Source: Eledone cirrhosa
Taxonomy: Eukaryota
NCBI GenBank assembly: GCA_964016885.1
Contig: OZ024743.1
Location: 275,032,001 to 275,096,000 of the forward strand
DNA length: 64,000 nt
Direction of reading: 5' to 3'
Below, one piece after another: positions 55,881-64,000 of this stretch. The notes beneath the pieces are model-generated. The model saw only the letters and a program-made list of their open reading frames with translations, was not told the origin of the DNA and made no database searches. How positions within the stretch are numbered: the first letter of the stretch is position 1; every line of letters starts with the position of its first letter. Both the position numbers and the translations under genes were made by a program.

Positions 55881-56682
55881 CAGAGATATTAAAGCTAAAC
55901 AGAAGAGCAATTTTGAAAGGAAGCCTTCTCAAAATATTCCTTTATTAATGAGGATTTCTTGGAGATTTTAGCCAAGCATCCTATTTTTATAGGTGTGTGG
56001 CTGTTCTTTATCTTGCCATGGCGTGCTTAATAGAGCTAATTATATCTGGTGTTGTCTTACTCATAGTAAACATCTCCCATGGGCCATTACCAAACTTAGT
56101 TTAGAAGTCTATCTATTCCATATTTAATTTAATCTGCATGTTGCTGTTAACTTCAGTGCTGTGACTTCATTTATCAATTATAGAATTTTACAGCCATAAC
56201 TACCTCATCTATATACCTAATAGGGTAGACCTATTACCAAAGGAATTCCAGTCACGACCATCCAGTCTTCTTCCTAAGTACAGGAAATCTATGACCAAAT
56301 TATCCAACAAGTAAAAGTTCGCCTGTGCACAGTGTTTGTTCAAATTGATAACATTAAACCGTATCATTGGTTGTCATGTGATCTCCGCATAGTCTACACT
56401 TAGCTGTTCCACTGTTGTGTTTCATCTGTACAACGCTATCAGTATAACTGTTGTCAGTTAGCCCAAAGTAACCTCAGAATGATTTATGATCAAAGACATT
56501 CCAACCATGGTCATCCAGTTTTTATACCATTTAATCTATCTAAGATTATGGTGTTCAATGTACCCTCCCATTCTTTAAAGACAGAGGCGGGTAATTTGAA
56601 AAGAATTGGTTACTATTTCTAGTATGTTTACTTATCGTAGATGTTCTCTTGGCTTGAATATCTCATATATAGGTAATAAGGT

Positions 56683-57150
56683 GACACGTTCTCTGCCTCC
56701 AACTTAATGGCTTCGGCCACAAACGCCGATACTGCGGCCCACTATGCAGAGGAAAGGAAGATAAATAAATACCGGGGATTGTCCGGCCGCTGCCTCTTCG
56801 CACCAGTCACCGTCGAGACGTCAGGTGTTCTTGGACCCCGTACTGCCGAGCTCCTCCGCAAGATTGGAACGTCAGCGGCCCGTCAGAGGAAGGAGCCCCG
56901 CGGTGGCTATTGCAGCAGGTGTCGCTGGCCATTGTCCGCGGGAATGCTTTTGCAGTCTTGTCCGCAGAGTGCAGCCCCATTACCGCTGCGCCCTAGGCCC
57001 AGAGCCAATCACCCTCCCTTCCCTTCCCCACTCTTCTGTGACATTAGAGTCCTTGCCTTTCCTTTCCTTTTCCGATTTTTATATTTTTATTTTACATTCT
57101 ATTCTTTCTTCTCAATCTATTTTTTTTCTTTTTCTATTAAATTGTTTTTA
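56683..57150 (+). mobile_element. CRE-clade RLE retrotransposon 3' fragment
   Basis: AAHYAEERKINKY..FAPVTVETSGVLGP.. then (frameshift) LLQQVSLAIVRGNA; T-rich 3' UTR into (TA)(TG)n. Confidence 0.75.
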
Positions 57151-57272
<122 letters not shown>

Positions 57273-57410
57273 GGTAAACAGAAATAACAACACAATCAGT
57301 ACAGTATATGAAAGGAATATATTAGGCTAACGCTTGAAATAGCAGGAAGAGGGTCTTAACGTTTCGGACTGAGAAATATATAGATTGAAAGGATGGGTGG
57401 GTTGGAATTG

Positions 57411-57443
<33 letters not shown>

Positions 57444-57877
57444 CTTGTCATAATAAACTGTGAAAAGTTTTTTAATTACATTGATAACAAAAAAGTAAGG
57501 AATTAATCAGTAACTTGGTAAGTTTCATGTATTCTCAAGTTTGGCTATAAGAATTTTTTTAATTATTGGGTGTAGAACCGTTATAGTTGTTTTTATATAG
57601 CAACGTGAGAAAATGATATAAGAAATGATATCGAAATAGTAAAATAGATTATAGATAGACCTGCCTAACTCTAAAAACCCAAACAGAGTGTACCATAAAA
57701 AAGTGCCATAAAACGGGGAGTAATGTGGTAAAATGAGGGGATTTTACATAATAAAAGCTATAACCATATTCACAAGAGAAGACATGTCTCACTCACCCCA
57801 AACTGGGTGGGAGATCTTCCCGTCGGACGGGGAGAGTTGACAAGTCTGTATAGATGTCTTGTTACTGGTTTAGGTTA

Positions 57878-58063
57878 TAATTGTTTCTACTTTTTGGCAC
57901 AAGGCCAGCAATTACCCAGTGCATTACTGGTACTTTATTTTATCGACCACGTAAGGATGAAAGGCAAAGTTAACCTCGGCGGAATTCGAACTCAGAATGG
58001 CAAGGGCCGTAACTATGCGTCAAAGCATGGCGTCCGACCCTCTACCGATACTGCCAATCCACC
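57878..58063 (-). mobile_element. Meta-type tRNA-derived SINE, full length
   Basis: Same consensus as 37335-37520. Confidence 0.85.
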
Positions 58064-58605
58064 GGATGAGGCGATAGGGATAAGTATTTCCCTCTATATA
58101 TATATATATATATACGGAATAGAAATAACTGAGACTGCGCGAATCTATAACATTTACACATTTTTAGTATATAGACATATAAACATACTAAATACGCATT
58201 TCTCTGTCAATTAAAAGATTGATAAATACGTTTAACCAGTTTTCAAGCCTATTTGGGAAGGCATATATATCATCTTAACGGGCACATGGAAATACATAAT
58301 TGCGGGCTTATATACTCTTAAACTCACAGTTCTATCCTTAAAATGAGTAGTAAATTTGCCCATTATTAGCGCTCATATTGATAGTTAATTAAGATATATA
58401 TTAATTTGTGTGCTAAGCGGCCGAAGTGCATGATAAGGTTATAAACAAAATAGAAGTAAGTGAGACAGTATAGATGTGTATTAATATATGGACATGTAAA
58501 CTTTTATGAAGTCTTCCTTATTTCTTGTCTCTCTATATAGATATAACTTTATCTTATATATACATATATGTATGCGTGTGCGTGCATACATACACACACA
58601 TACAC

Positions 58606-58995
<390 letters not shown>

Positions 58996-59270
58996 TATAT
59001 ATGTATATATATATACAAATATAATTTAAGCGAGATCGTATTTCAGCGGTGGGCAAAACAAAACGAAACGCAATCTTCGAGATATGCCGGCAAGCGCTCA
59101 ATGGATCTAAGAAGAAACCAGAGCAATTAACATGGGTTATAAAGACCAGACAAATTGAAAACAGTGGGTGTGAAGTCACAAGCCGCCGTAGCCGACAAAA
59201 CGAACAAGCTAAACAGGTTAACAAATAATTACCTGGACCTTCCCAGAAAGTGGTGGTAAAATCCAATATA

Positions 59271-59301
<31 letters not shown>

Positions 59302-59305
<4 letters not shown>

Positions 59306-59471
59306 GAAAGTATGACTCCGACGGCAGAGCTCAAGCCGTTTCGACGGCTATAAACGGCTTGAGCTCTGCCGTCGGGGTCATACATTCTCCTATTACCCAC
59401 TCTACTACCCTAAGTATTGAGTACTCTGGTGCGTTATGGTCCATCTGGTTCCTTACCACAACTCCTTCGTT
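59302..59471 (+). mobile_element. Fold-back short element (32191 family)
   Basis: Inverted arms around ~59347, 80-nt tail with GTATTGAGTAC, (TA)n flanks. Confidence 0.75.
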
Positions 59472-59805
59472 ATATATTGGCTTTGTTTACTGATATATAT
59501 ATTGATATTGATATTGATATTGTTTACTGATATATATATTGGCTTTGTTTACTGATTGTTATTTGTGTATAGGATATCTAATGATTGATTGCGTTTGTTC
59601 TGGGTGTGTCTGCGTTCGGATTTGTGTTTGACGGTCCTACTTGCTTGTTTGCATATATGTGTGTGTGTGTGCGTGCGTGCGTGTATGTGTGTGTGTGTGT
59701 GCGTGTGTGTGTATTTATATAGTGTATATATGTGTATAGACTGATTGGAGCAATAACGGTTTTGTTTACACACACGCGCGCGCGCACACACACACACACA
59801 CACCC

Positions 59806-59881
<76 letters not shown>

Positions 59882-59969
59882 GTTAATATGGCTAAGTGGT
59901 GAGTCTTGATAATCTGGTGTTTCACCTCTGCACTTACAGGACCACGATGATTTCCAAAGTACCTACTGA

Positions 59970-60290
59970 AGACGCGTGGCTTATTGGTTAGAGTGCTCGG
60001 CGCATGATCGCAAGGTGATGAGTTTGATTCCCGGCTGTGCGTTGTGTCCTTGCACAAGACACTTTATTTCACGTTGCTCCATTCCATTCAGTTGGCAAAA
60101 CTGAGTTGTACCTGTAAATTAAAAGGGCCAGCTTTGTAACACATTGTGTCACGCCGAATCTCCTTGAAAACTACATTAAGCTTGCACGTGTCTGTGGAAT
60201 GCTTGGCCACTTGCAGGTTGATTTCACCAGCAAGCTATTCCGTTGATCGAACAACTGGCACATTCGTCGTGTGAGCCGAGGGAGATCTAA
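59970..60290 (+). mobile_element. tRNA-derived SINE (second family), full length
   Basis: tggcttattggttagagtgc..gagtttgattcc..gttgtgtccttgcacaagacactttatttcacgttgctcc. Confidence 0.8.
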
Positions 60291-61826
60291 CAATACGCAA
60301 CAACGTCGACCTAACTGCCATTTTGGAAGTTTTATGTACATAATCTACACTCTTCTATTTATGGCACTTGACTTTTTTTATTACTCTATATTGTTTGTCA
60401 AAACCCTTTTATTTCCTTCCTAGTTTGGTATGTCTGTGATTCAACATTTTTTTGTTTTGATTAATTTCTGATAACATTTTATTTGTTGAAGGTGAACAGA
60501 TTGTTTTGATCATAGAAAAGTTAGTATTTTGCAAATCTTTTCATCTTCTGTTTTTACACTGAGATATTTTGCTTAAGCTCCGCTTTGTCTGTAGAATGTC
60601 TTTTGGTGTTATAGTCTATTAAATAAATATCTGGTGCTATTTTCTTGATCTTACTTTCCTATGGTCTCTCGTGATTTCATCACAAATAAAAAAGATATTG
60701 TATTTTATACTTTATCTTTTGATTTATGTTGTTCTATTGTTTTAGACCTTTGGGGTTTTGTATTTTTTCTGTTAGTATCTTTAACGTGTACCCAGTATCT
60801 TCTGGAAATAACTGACACAGTTAAATAAATGATCTAGTTTGGTCTGTTTATGTCGATTAGTTATTCTAGTAGATTGCTTTGTTCTACCCTGACATTTCCT
60901 CGTTAATTCTTCAAATGATATTCTAAGAGCGCTAGTGGATTGGCATAATTGTTAGAGCGTCGGGTAAATTGTTTTGCGGTATTTATGTTGGCTCTTTACG
61001 TTCTGAGTTCAAATCTCGCCGAAGTCAACTTCATATTTCATTTTTTCGGAGATCGATAAACTAAATTACAAGTCTAGTTACTGTTGCTTATGTTGCATGT
61101 CTATTTTTATGTGTTGTTTTCAAGCTTCCGTGCTGGAAATCCGTCGGTTGCAACGACTGATATTCCATTTGTTCGAACAACGGAACTTCTTGCTACCGTG
61201 AGCCGAACTCCCTAACTGCACACTCCCGAGCTGCACACCGTAATTTACACAATCAGTAGCAGATCGGACAAAATATCTGGTAGTATTTGTCATGGTTCTT
61301 TAGGTTACTAGTTAAAATCCGGCTATTGTCAATTTTGCCGTATATTCTTTTGGGGGTCGATAAATAAAGTATCAGTCACTTGACTGATACTGGGTTCGTT
61401 ACAATAGCCTGTTTCTCTCCCCTCCCAGATTTATGGCCGTGTGTCTATCTAATTGTTATTGTTGATTTCGACATTTTATGCGAGTTTCTACTGTCCAAGC
61501 AGATGCACCTTCTTCAACTGCACAAGCAGATGCACATCCGTGTTCCTAAAGTGTGTGCAGCATGGTCTTTCACGAATGTAGAAAAGAGGGGTGGGTCACA
61601 GCCGGAATGATTTTGATCGTATATCTGTTCAATCAGGGTTAAGAAGGGACTAAACAAATACAACCATCTACAATAAAGACAACCTAACATATTGTAGATC
61701 TGCGTGTATTTATCACCAACGTAGACACCTACGCATGTATTGTTCACCTATTAATCCTTCTTTCTTTCATACCACCACATTTTCTCTCACCTCGTCTCTC
61801 TCTCTCTCTCTCTCTCTCACACACTA

Positions 61827-61887
<61 letters not shown>

Positions 61888-62213
61888 ATATAGGAGCGTC
61901 TTTATGTCTTAGTGGGATGCTTAAGTAGAGGAATAGAAAACATAACGACCAGTTGTAAACATGTAACGGATCGGAATGAGTAAAAGCAGAACTAGTTCCT
62001 GTTTCCGGAGTATTTTCCTGATTTAACACTGAACTAAGATGTCATTAATGTCATGATGTCATGCTTTCCTCAAATAACATCGTATAAAACATCCTGGGAG
62101 TACACTGGAGAATGGGAAATTGTGTCACTAAATATTTCGGTCAATTATCTCTCTTACTTTCTCTCTCAATCTATCAAGCTTTCCCTCTTTCTCTTTCCCT
62201 CTGTCCCTCTTTC

Positions 62214-62254
<41 letters not shown>

Positions 62255-62704
62255 AGAGAGAGAGAGAGAATATGTGTGCGCATGTGTGTGCGGGAGTGTT
62301 GCAATCCAAATATTTGTATTACAATGTTCCTAGCAGGAGTGTTGCGGATATATGTATCCTGTCACGAGCCCTGCATTGTTTTCATGACCAAGATACTTAC
62401 TTAACTCCTAACGTTAGCTTGAACGCAAGGCCTGAGAAAGAATTGAACACTGAGTGAGTGAAGATGCAAGCACAAATAGGAGTATGGTATTCATAAGTTA
62501 CAGCGGGCATACAACATAAGAAGAATTTTAAAACCTATGTTTGGGTATTTCAAAACCGTCTTATTACTTGCCAATGTTAGCTGGTGAACTGTCGATGACA
62601 GCATTCGGAGAAGAGTACATTGGCTCACTAATGGCATAAAACCAATGCTGAATTATGTATGGCTGTGTGGTTAAGAAAGTCACTTCTGTACCGCTTGCGT
62701 GTGT

Positions 62705-62850
<146 letters not shown>

Positions 62851-62851
62851 C

Positions 62852-63058
62852 TAATAAACAACATAATATAATTATTCCATTACCCAAGGTTTCACGAAGT
62901 TAGACGATTCTAACAGAAGCGTTCTGATATCGTTCATCAGAACATTAGAATCGTCTGGGGTAATGGAATAATTATATTGTGGTGTTTATTGCATAATTAA
63001 ATAGCTCTGTACTATACATAGAGCACTCTCATTTCCTTTACCTTTTCCGCGGAAATGC
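62852..63058. mobile_element. Fold-back insertion with minus-strand hammerhead core
   Basis: Arms 62852-62885/62958-62990; minus 62940-62881 CTGATGA-acga...tcgt-GAAA-CC ttg GG-TA; stem I not recoverable. Confidence 0.6.
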
Positions 63059-63211
63059 TTTATATATATATATATATTGTATGTATATGTGTGTGTACAT
63101 ATATAAAGTCTGTGGTGCTGAGACTGAGGAGTGACAAATCAGGGGAGTATTCTATGCATGGGAAGAAGCAGAGTGGATGTAGAGGAAGGTTGACACCCGA
63201 CCGCGATGCCC

Positions 63212-63399
63212 TTTGTGTTATAGACCCGACTCCAGCCCACTCAGATCATCAGACTTGTTAATTAAGATGAGATTCTGGTTTTGCTTGATTTACAAGTCTG
63301 ATAATTAGATTGGAGTTGGAATCGGGTCTATAATACAAATATGGATCTTGAGCCACCCATCTGTGAAACGTTCGTAACAGCCGAATCAATAAAAAGCAC

Positions 63400-63478
<79 letters not shown>

Positions 63479-63571
63479 TAAGAAAAACGATGAAGTTTCG
63501 TTTTTCTTGTCTACACTCTGCCAGTGCATTGAGTGCTCATATCATACCACCACCAGTAATTCTCTGAATGG
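63212..63571 (+). mobile_element. Fold-back insertion with long-stem-II hammerhead-like motif
   Basis: Arms ~63212-63258/63291-63339; CTGATAA(63298)...GAAA-CG tt CG-TA(63376); GCATTGAGTGC at 63526. Confidence 0.5.
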
Positions 63572-63604
63572 CACACACACACACACACTCTCTCTCACCA
63601 TATA

Positions 63605-63665
<61 letters not shown>

Positions 63666-63869
63666 TTCATCAACAAAGAATGGATCGTATTCGCGAAACG
63701 TTGAGCAAATGATGGTATGTATGCACGTTAATTTCACGAGTAAATCAACTGGAACAGTTGTCGCTGCAGTCGTTGATGGTCCAACACGCGATCTTAGCCA
63801 GTTTGTAGATCACTCTATAGCTGCTGATGGTCAGCAATAATGATAGGCTGTGAAAGAGAATATATTGTC

Positions 63870-64000
63870 ATTGTGACAGAAAGTCGATTAAATTTACCCC
63901 AGTACATTTCTGGTACTTTATTTTATCGACTCCTTAAGGAGAAAGTTGACTTTGACGGAGTTTGAACCCAGAATCTAAAGAGCCGGAATAAATACTGCAC
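63870..64000 (-). mobile_element. Meta-type SINE, cut by window end (further degenerate plus copies at ~60934 and ~61250)
   Basis: ggtactttattttatcgac..aaagttgac..tttgaacccag. Confidence 0.75.

Overview
Repeat-dense, AT-rich animal DNA, most likely from an octopod cephalopod (inferred from the tRNA-derived SINE families and the extreme (TA)n/(CA)n/(TACA)n microsatellite load). No host gene is confidently identifiable; there are only weak exon candidates at ~27.8, ~33.2 and ~38.4/51 kb. Most ORF-track entries are microsatellite artefacts. The real coding content is retrotransposon-derived. It includes one intact 1169-aa R4/Dong-type (RT + CCHC + restriction-like endonuclease) LINE sitting, with two truncated sister copies, in (TACA)n arrays; a frameshifted Dong-type LINE ending in (TAA)n; two Tx1/L1-type LINEs; several RTE-clade pieces; a CRE-type fragment; and Penelope-like elements (RT + GIY-YIG). 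The most striking structure not shown in the ORF track is a set of a dozen or more short fold-back (inverted-repeat) insertions, mostly in (TA)n. Many carry recognisable type-I hammerhead ribozyme folds, they share a head-to-head architecture in which only one arm has a 3' tail, and several share a GTATTGAGTAC-like motif ~35-50 nt from the 3' junction. These look like a diverse system of non-autonomous Penelope-like/retrozyme-like RNAs. All calls are by eye; no alignments, folding or database searches were run.
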